Assembly (NCBI GenBank): GCA_050309605.1
Contig: JBNRMN010000003.1
Coordinates: 33,665-97,664 of the forward strand
DNA from: Anaerohalosphaeraceae bacterium
GTDB lineage: Bacteria > Planctomycetota > Phycisphaerae > Sedimentisphaerales > Anaerohalosphaeraceae
DNA length: 64,000 nt
Direction of reading: 5' to 3'
Part shown: piece after piece, positions 48,276 through 58,466 of the stretch
Layout: the number at the start of each line of letters is the position of its first letter
How positions within the stretch are numbered: the stretch's first letter is position 1
Program-made: the position numbers and the translations under genes
Notes under the pieces: model-generated
The model's database searches: none
What the model was told of the DNA's origin: nothing
Seen by the model: the letters and a program-made list of their open reading frames with translations, nothing else

Positions 48276-49387
48276 ACATTCTGATGCTCAATTATGAATA
48301 TCCGCCCGTCGGCGGCGGCGCGGCGCCGATTACGGCGCAGCTTTGCGAGCATCTCGTCCAACAGGGACATTCCTTAGACGTCGTGACAATGCGCTACGGC
48401 AGCTTGCCGCATACTGAAGTCGTCAACGGCGTGCGCATCTTTCGAACCCCGTCTTGGCGCGCCCGTCCGGACATCTGCCGCACCGGCGAGATGGCTACTT
48501 ATCTGCTTGGCGGACGGAAACCCGCCACGGCACTGGCGCGGGAACGCCAATACGACCTCATTCACGCGCATTTTATTATCCCGACCAGTCCGCTGGCCCG
48601 CACCCTTCGCCGCCGCACCGGCATCCCGTATCTGGTTACATGTCACGGCAGCGATGTACCCGGCTACAACCCGGATCGTTTCGGCGTGCAGCACAAACTG
48701 CTGCTGCCGTATTGGAAGCGGCTCGTTCGCAGCGCCGACGCTCTGGTCAGCCCCAGCGAAAATCTGAAACAACTGATGCTGAGTCATTGTCCTGATCTGA
48801 ACATTCAGATCATCCCCAACGGCTATGAACCGGCCGGATTCAATCCGGCGCACCCGCGCAAAAACAACATCCTGCTGTGCAGCCGCCTGTTTCCGCGAAA
48901 AGGCTTTCAATACGTCATCGAGGCCGTTAAGGATCTGTCGCTGGACTGGCAGGTGCACATCATCGGCGACGGGACATATCTGGAACAACTCAAAGCCAAA
49001 GCCGACGGCTCCAAAACTCCCGTCATCTTTCACGGCTGGCTGGACCGCGACTCGGCCGAATTCAGGGAATTGTACGAGACCAGCTCGATTTTTATCCTGC
49101 CCTCAGAGGCGGAAAACTTTCCCACCGTCCTGCTGGAGGCGATGAGCGCGGGCCTGGCCGTCATTGCCAGTACCGCCGGCGGCTGTCCGGAAGTCGTCGG
49201 CGATGCCGGCCTGCTCGTCCGCCCGCGCGATACAGACGATATTCGCCGTCAGTTGATTCGGCTCATAGACGATCACGCACTTCGAGCCAATTTGGTAAAA
49301 AAAGCCGCTGAACGGGTCAGGTTGTTCTCCTGGCAAACTATCACACAACAGCATCTGAAACTGTATCAAGCCCTCATTGCCCAATAA
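48272..49387 (+). CDS. Glycosyltransferase family 4
   Basis: YEYPPVGGG, HGSDV, IPNG, RKG, ENFPTVLLEAM. Confidence 0.93.
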   Translation: MNILMLNYEYPPVGGGAAPITAQLCEHLVQQGHSLDVVTMRYGSLPHTEVVNGVRIFRTPSWRARPDICRTGEMATYLLGGRKPATALARERQYDLIHAHFIIPTSPLARTLRRRTGIPYLVTCHGSDVPGYNPDRFGVQHKLLLPYWKRLVRSADALVSPSENLKQLMLSHCPDLNIQIIPNGYEPAGFNPAHPRKNNILLCSRLFPRKGFQYVIEAVKDLSLDWQVHIIGDGTYLEQLKAKADGSKTPVIFHGWLDRDSAEFRELYETSSIFILPSEAENFPTVLLEAMSAGLAVIASTAGGCPEVVGDAGLLVRPRDTDDIRRQLIRLIDDHALRANLVKKAAERVRLFSWQTITQQHLKLYQALIAQ

Positions 49388-49436
49388 AGACAATCCCTAA
49401 ACACAACAAGACCACTTCACATTTTCCATCTTTTCC

Positions 49437-49464
49437 TTGAAGCCCCTGTTTGTGCCGGTATAAT
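49437..49464 (+). promoter_or_regulatory. Sigma70-type promoter for pdxJ-dapA
   Basis: TTGAAG-N16-TATAAT. Confidence 0.6.
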
Positions 49465-49496
49465 GAATTGCTGAAAATCACTTAAGGACGCACAAC

Positions 49497-50219
49497 ATGG
49501 CTTTGCTGAATGTCAACATCGATCACGTGGCGACGATTCGTCAGGCCCGCCGGACCGACGAGCCGGATCCGGTCTGGGCGGCGGTGCAGTGTGAGCTGGC
49601 CGGGGCCAACGGCATCACCGTGCACCTGCGAAAAGACCGTCGCCATATTAACGACCGCGACGTGCGGCTGCTCAAAGAAACCGTCGCTTGCAAGTTCAAC
49701 CTCGAAATGGGGATGGACGAGGAAATCATCAAAATTGCCGAAAAAATTCGTCCGGATCAGGTCACGCTCGTGCCCGAACATCGCGCCGAGCTGACCACCG
49801 AAGGCGGCCTGGACTGCGTCGGCCAACTGACGCGCCTGACTGAAGTCGTCAAGCGGATGCACAAAAAGGGCATTCTCGTCAGCACCTTTATCCTGCCGGA
49901 CGAACGGCAGATTTTGGCCTCGGCCGAGGCCGGCTGCGATGCGGTCGAACTGCATACCGGCCCTTATGCCAACGCCAAAACCGATGCGCAAATTGAAAAA
50001 CACCTCAACGAGCTGCGCGACGGTCGTGATACGGCCCTGGCCGCCGGGCTGGTCGTTCACGCCGGACACGGCCTGACCTATCGCAACATCCGGCCCGTCG
50101 CACGCATCGAAAAACTCGGTGAATTCAACATCGGCCACAGCATCGTCGCCCGCGCCGTGCTGGCGGGGCTGGCCCGCGCCGTCGAGGAAATGAATAAACT
50201 CATCAGACAACCGTTTTAA
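49497..50219 (+). CDS. pdxJ: Pyridoxine 5'-phosphate synthase
   Basis: [35 protein letters not shown]. Confidence 0.97.
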   Translation: MALLNVNIDHVATIRQARRTDEPDPVWAAVQCELAGANGITVHLRKDRRHINDRDVRLLKETVACKFNLEMGMDEEIIKIAEKIRPDQVTLVPEHRAELTTEGGLDCVGQLTRLTEVVKRMHKKGILVSTFILPDERQILASAEAGCDAVELHTGPYANAKTDAQIEKHLNELRDGRDTALAAGLVVHAGHGLTYRNIRPVARIEKLGEFNIGHSIVARAVLAGLARAVEEMNKLIRQPF

Positions 50220-50241
50220 CGTTGCATTTTCAGGAGACCGT

Positions 50242-51120
50242 ATGATGTTTACCGGTTCACTTGTCGCTTTAGTGACCCCGTTCAGTGATGGACAAGTCGA
50301 TTTTGAGACGCTTGATGAACTTGTAGAGTTTCACCTTAACAGCGGCACCGACGGCATTGTCCCCTGCGGCACCACCGGCGAATCGCCGACGCTCAGCCAT
50401 GAAGAGCACAAAGCCGTCATTGAACGCGTCGTCAGCATCGTCGATGGTCGGATTCCCGTCATCGCCGGCACCGGTTCCAACAGCACCGCCGAGGCCATCG
50501 AACTGACCGCTCACGCCCGCAAAAGCGGCGCCGACGGCTCGCTTCAGGTCTGTCCCTACTACAACAAACCCACCCAGGAAGGCCTCTATCAGCACTTCAA
50601 GTCCATTGCCGAAGAGGTCGATATTCCGCTGGTGCTGTACAATATCCCCGGACGCTGCGGCGGCAGCGGCCTTGCGGCCGAGACCATCATCCGACTGGCT
50701 GAACTGGAAAACATCGTCGCCGTCAAAGAAGCTTCCGGCAGCCTTGACCTGGCCAGTGAAATTGCCCTGGCCACGGATTTGACGCTGCTGTCCGGCGACG
50801 ATTCGCTCACCCTCCCGATGGCCTCAGTCGGCGGCAAAGGCGTCATCAGTGTCGCGGCCAATATCGTCCCGGCCGATGTCAAGGCAATGACCGATCTGAT
50901 TCTCGAAGGGGATTTGACCTCGGCGCGCAAGTGGCACCAGAAACTCTTTGCACTGGCCAAGAATATGCTCGGCCTGGCGACCAACCCCATTCCGGTCAAA
51001 ACCGCTATGGCCATGCTGAATCTGGCTTCCGATGAGCTGCGTCTGCCGATGACACCGCTGACCGCCGACCAGCAGACTCAACTCAGACAATGCCTCAAAG
51101 AGTACGGCCTGCTGACCTGA
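50242..51120 (+). CDS. dapA: 4-hydroxy-tetrahydrodipicolinate synthase
   Basis: ALVTPF, GTTGES, PYYNKP, LYNIPGR, VKEASG, SGDD, NPIPVK. Confidence 0.97.
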   Translation: MMFTGSLVALVTPFSDGQVDFETLDELVEFHLNSGTDGIVPCGTTGESPTLSHEEHKAVIERVVSIVDGRIPVIAGTGSNSTAEAIELTAHARKSGADGSLQVCPYYNKPTQEGLYQHFKSIAEEVDIPLVLYNIPGRCGGSGLAAETIIRLAELENIVAVKEASGSLDLASEIALATDLTLLSGDDSLTLPMASVGGKGVISVAANIVPADVKAMTDLILEGDLTSARKWHQKLFALAKNMLGLATNPIPVKTAMAMLNLASDELRLPMTPLTADQQTQLRQCLKEYGLLT

Positions 51121-51206
51121 CGTCTTGGGTTCCTGCCGACTGAGCCTGCATCACAACGCGCCGCGGCCTGACTGTATTTCGCCGGGCCGTGCGCGTCGGG
51201 GTGGGG

Positions 51207-51548
51207 TTATTTCTTTCCCGCTTTCGGCTTGATGTAAATATAGCCTTTGCCTCTGCCGGCGGACTGAAAACAATTATACTGATGCAGATAAAGGGTAACC
51301 GTACTGACCGTCAAACCGGTTTTTTCGGCGATTTCCTGCTGCGACTTCGGACGCGAACTCATCACCTTGCACAGTTTATACGGGCCGGAACCGACGTTCG
51401 GATGATCTTGTTTGACCACATCCTTTTTGGTTTGAATGCCCTGCACAATAGCATGGATTTGCGTATCCAGCGCCTGAACTTTTTCCATCAATTTGGCGCG
51501 CCGGGCGGTCAGATGCTTGAGCTGCGTGAGCTGTTTTTTGTTCTGCAT
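51207..51548 (-). CDS. Small basic protein with N-terminal coiled coil and C-terminal HTH
   Basis: Lys/Arg-rich; SQQEIAEKTGLTVSTVTLYL HTH; SD GGAG. Confidence 0.7.
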   Translation of the reverse strand: MQNKKQLTQLKHLTARRAKLMEKVQALDTQIHAIVQGIQTKKDVVKQDHPNVGSGPYKLCKVMSSRPKSQQEIAEKTGLTVSTVTLYLHQYNCFQSAGRGKGYIYIKPKAGKK

Positions 51549-51708
51549 TTCAGAATCTCCGCATTAAAAGAACAGATTTTTTTCAAAATTGACATCGCCC
51601 ACCATATGACTGATTCAAAGCAATGTCAAAAGAATTCCGCAAGCCCCCCCTATGAAGACAGGAATTCGGCGATCGTGTCCCCTTGAGATGCTGAATTGGT
51701 GCGGTATG

Positions 51709-52326
51709 TTACCCGCGGATGATGTCGGCAATGATCATCAGACGACTGATGTTGTCGCGCTCGGACTCGCCGAGTTTGCTGTAAATGTAGCGAATCGTCT
51801 CCTTTAATTCCGGGATGACGACATGCTCCAGCACGTTGACCCGGCGACGTGTGGTTTGCAGTTCCGAGGCCAGCAGTTGGGCCTGCTTTTCCGCCTCGGC
51901 CAGCTCGATCAGGTTGTCAAACGCCCGTTCCAGCGCCCGCAGCGCCACGTCCAGTTCCCCGCTGGTGGTCCCGAAGCCGTAACACATTATATCACCTTCG
52001 ATTTCCTTGGCCAAACGAGGCACTTTGACGCTCATAATCGACGCAAAGCTCAGCGCCAGCCGGAACCTCTTGGTCGGAATTTCCATCGCCGCACGGATAT
52101 TCTCCGGCTCCATCGTCGCACGGGCCATCATAAACCGCCGCGTGGTTTCCAGCAGCTCCTGTTCGACTTGTTTGCGCAGGTCTTTGAGCGTGCGGGCAAT
52201 CTGCACCAATTGACGGCTGATCTCATCGCGCTTTTCACTGAGCAAACGATGTCCGCGAGCGGCCAGCTCCACTCGCCGCCGCAATTGAAGCAATTCCATT
52301 CGTGTCGCATTGACGTTTTGAAGCAT
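51709..52326 (-). CDS. ntpD: V/A-type ATP synthase subunit D
   Basis: NATRMELL, GHRLLSEKRD, TRRRVNVLE. Confidence 0.95.
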   Translation of the reverse strand: MLQNVNATRMELLQLRRRVELAARGHRLLSEKRDEISRQLVQIARTLKDLRKQVEQELLETTRRFMMARATMEPENIRAAMEIPTKRFRLALSFASIMSVKVPRLAKEIEGDIMCYGFGTTSGELDVALRALERAFDNLIELAEAEKQAQLLASELQTTRRRVNVLEHVVIPELKETIRYIYSKLGESERDNISRLMIIADIIRG

Positions 52327-52399
52327 ATCAATAACTTTCTTCAGCTGCGAAATATCAAATCAACGCAGCACGGACTTGGCTGCGCACGCTCATTCGCAG

Positions 52400-53788
52400 C
52401 TAAGATGATGAGTTCCTGAATTTCGGCATATATTTGTCAATCAGATCCTGATCGATACGTTTCAATTCCGCATTCTCAAACATACTCAGCAGTTCCCAAC
52501 CCAGATCCAGCGTCTGCTCGACGGTGCGGTTCTCGTAATACCCCTGCGAGATATAGCGGCCTTCGAACTCGTTGGCAAACCGCATATACTTCTGGTCGTC
52601 TTCGGAGAGGGCCGCCTCGCCGAGAATCGTCGCCAGCTCCTGCGCCTCTTTGCCGCGGGCATAGGCCGCGTACAATTGGTTGTACAGCGCCGCATGGTCA
52701 TCGCGGGTCTTGCCCTCGCCGATGCCCTTGTCTTTCAGACGCGACAGACTCGGCAGCACATCCACCGGCGGCAGCACACCCTTGCGATACAGCGGCCGGC
52801 TCATAATGATCTGCCCTTCGGTAATGTAACCGGTCAAGTCCGGCACCGGGTGGGTCTTGTCGTCTTCCGGCATCGTCAGCACCGGCACCAGCGTAATCGA
52901 ACCGGTCTTGCCCTTGACCCGTCCGGCCCGCTCATAAACCGTCGCCAGGTCGGTATAAAGATACCCCGGATACCCGCGACGCCCCGGCACTTCCTTGCGG
53001 GCGGCGCTGATCTCGCGCAGCGCCTCACAGTAATTGGTCATGTCATTGAGAATGACCAGCACGTGCATATCTTCCTCAAACGCCAGATATTCCGCAGCCG
53101 TCAGCGCCACACGCGGCGTGGCAATCCGCTCAATGGCCGGGTCGTTGGCCAGATTGATAAACAGCACCGCACGCTCGATCGCGCCGGTCTGCGTCAGGTC
53201 GTTGATAAAGAACTGAGCCGCCTCGAACGTAATGCCCATCGCCGCAAACACCACTGCGAACGCCTCGCCCTTGCCGCGCACCGTGGCCTGCCGCGCAAGC
53301 TGGGCGGTAATGTCATCATGCGGCAGACCGGAACCGGAAAAAATCGGCAGCTTCTGCCCGCGGACCAGCGGATTCAAGCCGTCAATCGTGCTGATACCCG
53401 TCTGAATAAACTCGTTCGGATAGTCGCGGGCAAACGGATTGATGGGGTTGCCGTTGATGTTCAGCTTTTGGGTCGGGATGATCCGCGGCCCGTCGTCTTT
53501 GGGCACCCCCGTACCGCTGAAGACGCGACCGAGAATGTCTTTCGATACCGCCAGTTCCATCGGCTTGCCCAGAAACCGCACGGTCGTATCGCTGACATTG
53601 ATGCTCTCGGTGCCCTCAAAAACCTGCACCAGCACCTTGTCGTTTTCCACCTGAAGAATCTGGCCGTGCCGTATCGAGCCGTCGCCCAGCTCGATATCCA
53701 CGATATGCCCGTATTTGGCGTTCTCAACGCCTTCAACCAGCATCAGCGGACCGGCAATTTCCGACACCGTCTTATATTCTTTCAGCAT
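52400..53788 (-). CDS. ntpB: V/A-type ATP synthase subunit B
   Basis: [42 protein letters not shown]; start at MLKEY with SD CAGGAG. Confidence 0.97.
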   Translation of the reverse strand: MLKEYKTVSEIAGPLMLVEGVENAKYGHIVDIELGDGSIRHGQILQVENDKVLVQVFEGTESINVSDTTVRFLGKPMELAVSKDILGRVFSGTGVPKDDGPRIIPTQKLNINGNPINPFARDYPNEFIQTGISTIDGLNPLVRGQKLPIFSGSGLPHDDITAQLARQATVRGKGEAFAVVFAAMGITFEAAQFFINDLTQTGAIERAVLFINLANDPAIERIATPRVALTAAEYLAFEEDMHVLVILNDMTNYCEALREISAARKEVPGRRGYPGYLYTDLATVYERAGRVKGKTGSITLVPVLTMPEDDKTHPVPDLTGYITEGQIIMSRPLYRKGVLPPVDVLPSLSRLKDKGIGEGKTRDDHAALYNQLYAAYARGKEAQELATILGEAALSEDDQKYMRFANEFEGRYISQGYYENRTVEQTLDLGWELLSMFENAELKRIDQDLIDKYMPKFRNSSS

Positions 53789-53815
53789 TGCATACTCCTG
53801 TTCAAATAAGGGCAT

Positions 53816-53881
53816 ATCAAAAAGCAAAATTGAAATCTCTGCATTGATTTTTTGCTTTTTGATTTTCAATCTTTGATTTTT
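53816..53881. repeat. Inverted heptamer arrays with no enclosed ORF, between ntpA and ntpB
   Basis: ATCAAAAAGCAAAA (53816-53829) is the exact reverse complement of TTTTGCTTTTTGAT (53850-53863); further TTTTGAT-like units run to the ntpA stop. Confidence 0.8.
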
Positions 53882-53882
53882 G

Positions 53883-55658
53883 TCAGGCCGCGACCGGACT
53901 TAATTCTTTGATTTGTGCGTTGATTTTTTCCTGAATCGCCGTAATTTTTTCTACGTCATCATTCGGCAGATACTTGGCGCGGGCGATCTCCTCACGCACC
54001 GACAGCTTAAACAGATCGGACGTTTCAATGCCGTTCTCAATGGCCGCCAGTCCCTGCTGGTGGAAATGCAGGATCAGCCGAAGCATCTCGTATTGTTTAT
54101 CCACCGGACTGAAGGTATCCACCTCATGGAACGCATTCTGGTGCAAAAAGTCCTCGCGGATACTGCGGGCCGTCTCCAGCGTCATCCGGTCCTTGGCGCT
54201 GATCGCCTCGGCGCCGACCAGACGCACGATCTCGGCCAGTTGCGATTCCTGTTCCAGAATACCCATCGCCTCCTGAACCATACGGGCAAATTCCTTGCCT
54301 TTGGCCTTGTCTTCAAACGTATCCGGCAGGTACTGCTTGTAGAACGAATAACTCGTCAGCCAGTCAATCGCCGGAAAGTGCCGCTGCTGTGCCAGTCGCG
54401 ACTGCAGCGACCAGAACACCTTGACCACATGCAGCGTCGCCTGCACCACCGAATCGGACAAGTCGCCGCCGGGCGGGCTGACCGCCCCGATAATCGACAG
54501 CGCCCCTTCGCGCTCCGGCGAGCCGGTACACACCACACGCCCGGCGCGCTCATAAAACGACGCGATTCGGGCACCCAGATAGGCCGGGTAGCCCTCTTCG
54601 GCGGGCATCTCTTCCAGTCGCGTCGAGATTTCGCGCATCGCCTCGGCCCATCGGCTGGTGCTGTCGGCCATCAGCGCAACCGAGTAGCCCATATCCCGAT
54701 AGTACTCGGCAATCGTGATGCCGGTATAGACAGACGCCTCACGCGCGGCCACCGGCATATCCGAAGTATTGGCAATCAGCACGACACGCCGCATCAGCGG
54801 CTCGCCGCTGTGCGGGTCTTTCAATTCCGGAAACTCCATCAACACGTCGGTCATCTCATTGCCGCGTTCACCGCAGCCGATATAAACCACCACATCCGCG
54901 TCGATCCACTTGGCCAACTGGTGCTGCACGACCGTCTTGCCGGTACCGAACGGTCCGGGGACACACGCCGTGCCGCCTCGGGCAATCGGAAAGAACGCAT
55001 CAACGACACGCTGGCCGGTAATCAGCACGCTGTTGGGATTGAGCCGCTGCCGATTCAATCGCGGCCGACGGACGGGCCATTTCTGAAGCATCTTCAACTC
55101 AGTCTTTTGGCCGTCCGCCCCGACCACTGTCCCGATGACCTCGTCAATGGTAAACTCCCCTTCGCGCAGACCGTCGAGCTTGCCCGACACGCCGGCCGGC
55201 ACCATAATCTTATGCAGTACCAGCGACGATTCCTGCACCTGACCGATGACATCGCCGGGCTTGACCTCCGCGCCGTTGTCCATCGTCGGCTCAAAGGCCC
55301 ACTGGGTTTCACGCTTCAGACCCGGAATATCACTGCCGCGCTGAATGAAGCTGCCCTGCTGCTCGACCAGCGCCTCCAGCGGACGCTGAATGCCGTCATA
55401 AATACTGGAGATCAGCCCCGGCCCCAGCTCCACGCTCAGCGGCGCGCCGGTATTGCGGACTTCTTCACCCGGCCCGATACCCGACGTGTCTTCGTACACC
55501 TGGATACTGGCGCAGTCGCCGTGCAGTTCCACGATCTCGCCGATCAAATTCTCTCCGCCCACACGCACCACGTCGTACATTCGGGCGCCGACCATCCCTT
55601 CGGCAACGACCACCGGGCCGGCGACCTTGATGATTTTGCCTGTTTTTGTTTCCGCCAT
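53883..55658 (-). CDS. ntpA: V/A-type ATP synthase subunit A
   Basis: [41 protein letters not shown]. Confidence 0.97.
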   Translation of the reverse strand: MAETKTGKIIKVAGPVVVAEGMVGARMYDVVRVGGENLIGEIVELHGDCASIQVYEDTSGIGPGEEVRNTGAPLSVELGPGLISSIYDGIQRPLEALVEQQGSFIQRGSDIPGLKRETQWAFEPTMDNGAEVKPGDVIGQVQESSLVLHKIMVPAGVSGKLDGLREGEFTIDEVIGTVVGADGQKTELKMLQKWPVRRPRLNRQRLNPNSVLITGQRVVDAFFPIARGGTACVPGPFGTGKTVVQHQLAKWIDADVVVYIGCGERGNEMTDVLMEFPELKDPHSGEPLMRRVVLIANTSDMPVAAREASVYTGITIAEYYRDMGYSVALMADSTSRWAEAMREISTRLEEMPAEEGYPAYLGARIASFYERAGRVVCTGSPEREGALSIIGAVSPPGGDLSDSVVQATLHVVKVFWSLQSRLAQQRHFPAIDWLTSYSFYKQYLPDTFEDKAKGKEFARMVQEAMGILEQESQLAEIVRLVGAEAISAKDRMTLETARSIREDFLHQNAFHEVDTFSPVDKQYEMLRLILHFHQQGLAAIENGIETSDLFKLSVREEIARAKYLPNDDVEKITAIQEKINAQIKELSPVAA

Positions 55659-55734
55659 CGTCAAACCTTTATGTCTAATCCCATCGTTATGAACATCTCG
55701 CGCACATCTGACATTTCAAACCCAATACCTCAAC

Positions 55735-55783
55735 TCTGACATCCGACATCTGAATTTTGAATTCTAAATTCTAAATTCTAAAT
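55735..55783. repeat. Heptamer tandem array between the subunit F and subunit A genes
   Basis: TCTGACA TCCGACA TCTGAAT TTTGAAT TCTAAAT TCTAAAT TCTAAAT. Confidence 0.88.
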
Positions 55784-55800
55784 GCTCCTATCCCAGCGCG

Positions 55801-56121
55801 TCACCCTTTCAATATATTAATCCCCGTAGCCATCTTCAGCATCCGGCCCAGCGACTCGGTGGCAATCCCCGACGGCGCTTCCGTAAACGGCACCACCACC
55901 ACACACGGCGTGGGATGACGCTGCACGTCCTCAAACACCGACTGCGCCGCACGGGCCACATTCTCCGAAACCACCACCAGCGCATACCGCTCTTTGAGAA
56001 TCGTCCCGGCCGCGGCGACAACCTTGTCCGTCTGCGGTTCCGTCGCAAAGGTATCCAACCCCAGCGCCGCAAACGGCATCACAAAATCGCCGCTGCCCAA
56101 TACCGCCACTTTGCCTTCCAT
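55801..56121 (-). CDS. V/A-type ATP synthase subunit F
   Basis: KVAVLGSGDFVMPFAALG...ATGINI; position in operon. Confidence 0.9.
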   Translation of the reverse strand: MEGKVAVLGSGDFVMPFAALGLDTFATEPQTDKVVAAAGTILKERYALVVVSENVARAAQSVFEDVQRHPTPCVVVVPFTEAPSGIATESLGRMLKMATGINILKG

Positions 56122-56142
56122 ATCAACGTCCTCAATACAATC

Positions 56143-56225
56143 TCAAAAATATAAAATCAAAATAGCGGACAGTCCTTCGGGCTGGACTTCCTCAATTTTG
56201 AATTTTACATTTTTACGTTTTCATT
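56143..56225. repeat. Inverted degenerate heptamer arrays between the subunit C and subunit F genes
   Basis: TCAAAAA TATAAAA TCAAAAT ... ATTTTGA ATTTTAC ATTTTTA CGTTTTC with a central AGTCC-TTCG-GGCT hairpin. Confidence 0.65.
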
Positions 56226-56230
56226 ATCGA

Positions 56231-57280
56231 TCACATCCAGTGCCCCAGCCGATCCAGCATCAGCTTGCTGCTCAGGCCGTTTTTCCTGCCGACCAGCATC
56301 ATCCGCACCGTGCGGATTTCCGCTTCCTTGGTCAGCAGATACGCAATCACCGGCTGCGGGCCGGCCGTAATCTGACCGGTTGTTTTCAAAAAGCCCATCA
56401 GGTAATCTTCACACTTCTGCTCCAGCCGCAAAAACGATCCCTCAGTGCGAAGATAGCCGATCGATTCATCCAGCAGTTCCGCATACGGCGTCGCGTAAAA
56501 CACCGCCGGGATCGCCTCATAGGCCGTATCCAGACCCTGGATAAATTTGCCCCGATCCACAAAACCGTGCGGCAAAAACAAGTCTCGCTCGTCCCGCTCG
56601 GCGGCCTTCAAACGAAGCATGGTCCGCAGATTATGCAGATCAATCTGAAGCCGCGCCAGCGACAAACCAAACGGACAGTCCTGCGGGCCGGCCCAGCGCA
56701 CCCACCACGCGGCCTCGACGCGATCAATCGCATAGTCGATCCGGCGAATATCCTTATTGTCATAATACCCCAGCACCGCCGCCTCAACGGCTTCCTGAAG
56801 ATAATCCGGCAGCCGCGCATAATCTTCCTGCTCGAAAATTTCTTCAAATTCCTCCGCCGGCACGCACCCTTCATTGCTGTAATCCAGCCCCAGCGGACGT
56901 TCGGTCACCACACGCCGCACCGCCAGCCGCATATTGGCAAAATCCTCGCGCGAACGAATCAGCATCACGGTCGCCTTGTTCGGCATCAGATCGGCAAACA
57001 GCGAACGCACCGCCGACCGCCGCTCCAGCAACATCGTCTCAATCGCCGCTGAGTCGGCCCGTCCGTCAATCGCATACTCGGTTCCCGACAGCAATTCGAC
57101 CGCCGCGGCAAACGATTCGGCGTTGGCCATATCCACGAACACGCCGCGCGGCAGCATCTGCGTGGCCAGCACACGCACCTGCGCACACGCATAGGCATAC
57201 TCCCAGTTCTCGCCCCCCACAGGCGGATACCGGAAAAAGTCCAATCCCGTCAAATTCTGGTCATTCACTGCTGCTGTCAT
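56231..57280 (-). CDS. ntpC: V/A-type ATP synthase subunit C
   Basis: YACAQVRVL, IDLHNLRTMLR, YLLTKEAEIRTVR. Confidence 0.9.
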   Translation of the reverse strand: MTAAVNDQNLTGLDFFRYPPVGGENWEYAYACAQVRVLATQMLPRGVFVDMANAESFAAAVELLSGTEYAIDGRADSAAIETMLLERRSAVRSLFADLMPNKATVMLIRSREDFANMRLAVRRVVTERPLGLDYSNEGCVPAEEFEEIFEQEDYARLPDYLQEAVEAAVLGYYDNKDIRRIDYAIDRVEAAWWVRWAGPQDCPFGLSLARLQIDLHNLRTMLRLKAAERDERDLFLPHGFVDRGKFIQGLDTAYEAIPAVFYATPYAELLDESIGYLRTEGSFLRLEQKCEDYLMGFLKTTGQITAGPQPVIAYLLTKEAEIRTVRMMLVGRKNGLSSKLMLDRLGHWM

Positions 57281-57316
57281 GGCTTACCGTTTCGCTGGTT
57301 GTCGTTTCGCAATTCA

Positions 57317-57907
57317 TCATCCGAAAAGCCGGGACGCCAGTTCCATTTCCATGGCCTCGCGAAGCCGTTCGACAAGCACTTCCACGGCCGCGTTGACCTG
57401 CACCCGGCCGCGCTTCAGAATAAAGCCGCCTTTGATCTCGGCGCGCCGGTCGCTGAGCCGCAGATTGCCCTTAAACCCCGTCCCCAACTGCCGGTTGACT
57501 TGTTTGATGAAATCCCCGGTAATCCGCTTTTCGTCTTTGCCGACAATCACTTCTTCATCGCCGGTCTCAACGGCTTGGGACATAAGTTTCGTGATCAGGG
57601 CCTTGTACGACTCATCGGGCATCTTGGCGATGCGATCCTCGGCCCTGGCAAACACCTCGTCGAGCAATTCCGTTTTGGCCTTCAGCAGGGCGCGGGCGTT
57701 TTCCATTCGCGCCGCCGCCAGCATCCGCGAGCGCCGATCCTCGGCGGCCTCGGCGGCCAGCCGGTCGGTCTCCTCGCGATACGCCGAAAGCTCATCCTCA
57801 AGCTGCCGCATCTTTTCATCGCGCTTCTCGGTGGCTTCCTGAACGATCGCCTCGGCCTGCTGTCTGGCCTCCGTCAAAATCTTATTGATTACCTGTTCGG
57901 CATTCAT
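57317..57907 (-). CDS. ntpE: V/A-type ATP synthase subunit E
   Basis: Long charged coiled coil, IKGGFIL, terminal LF. Confidence 0.9.
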   Translation of the reverse strand: MNAEQVINKILTEARQQAEAIVQEATEKRDEKMRQLEDELSAYREETDRLAAEAAEDRRSRMLAAARMENARALLKAKTELLDEVFARAEDRIAKMPDESYKALITKLMSQAVETGDEEVIVGKDEKRITGDFIKQVNRQLGTGFKGNLRLSDRRAEIKGGFILKRGRVQVNAAVEVLVERLREAMEMELASRLFG

Positions 57908-57962
57908 AGCTATCCCGTCTGCTAAATGTCTTCGTGCCGGTTTTGCGATCCGCGCCCGGTGC

Positions 57963-58442
57963 TCAGTCAATGCCGATGAAAATCAGCAGGAACGACACCA
58001 AAAAACCCAAAATCGCGTAAAATTCCACCAGCGCCGCATAGACCACGCCCGCTTTGACGCCCATCTCCGGCCGTTTGGCCGCCATCTGGATGCCGCCGGC
58101 ACAAGTCTTGCCCTGATGAATCCCGCTGAACAGACCCGCAATACCCACCGGAAGCGACGCGCCGAAAATCATAATCCCCTGCGCCAGCGTCAGGTCCGCA
58201 AGCCCGTCGCCGCCGAACAGGTTGATCTTGATCATCACAAACAGCGAGATCACCAATCCGTAAATCCCCTGCGTACTGGGCAGCACCACCAGCAGCGTCA
58301 TCAACCCGTACTGTTCCGGTTTCTCGCTGAGGATACCCGTCGCGCTGCGAGCGCCGATACCCAACCCGATGGAAGAACCGATACCCGACAAAAACGTCGC
58401 AAACGCCGCGCCGGCAAACGCAAGTGCCAATCCGTATTCCAT
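57963..58442 (-). CDS. ntpK: V/A-type ATP synthase subunit K (4-TM proteolipid)
   Basis: GIGSSIG, LPSTQGIYG, SGIHQG, LVEFYAILG. Confidence 0.95.
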   Translation of the reverse strand: MEYGLALAFAGAAFATFLSGIGSSIGLGIGARSATGILSEKPEQYGLMTLLVVLPSTQGIYGLVISLFVMIKINLFGGDGLADLTLAQGIMIFGASLPVGIAGLFSGIHQGKTCAGGIQMAAKRPEMGVKAGVVYAALVEFYAILGFLVSFLLIFIGID

Positions 58443-58466
58443 TGCTGTTACCTTTCCTTCGAAAAA

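Noticed and set aside
53913..55739. 608-aa plus-strand ORF and similar long antisense ORFs (13147-14460, 37303-38487, 57885-59336)
   Set aside because: They overlap well-supported genes on the opposite strand and have no protein-family signal.
57288..57316. Possible heptamer array between the subunit E and C genes
   Set aside because: Only two CGTTTCG units, 15 nt apart; too weak to call.
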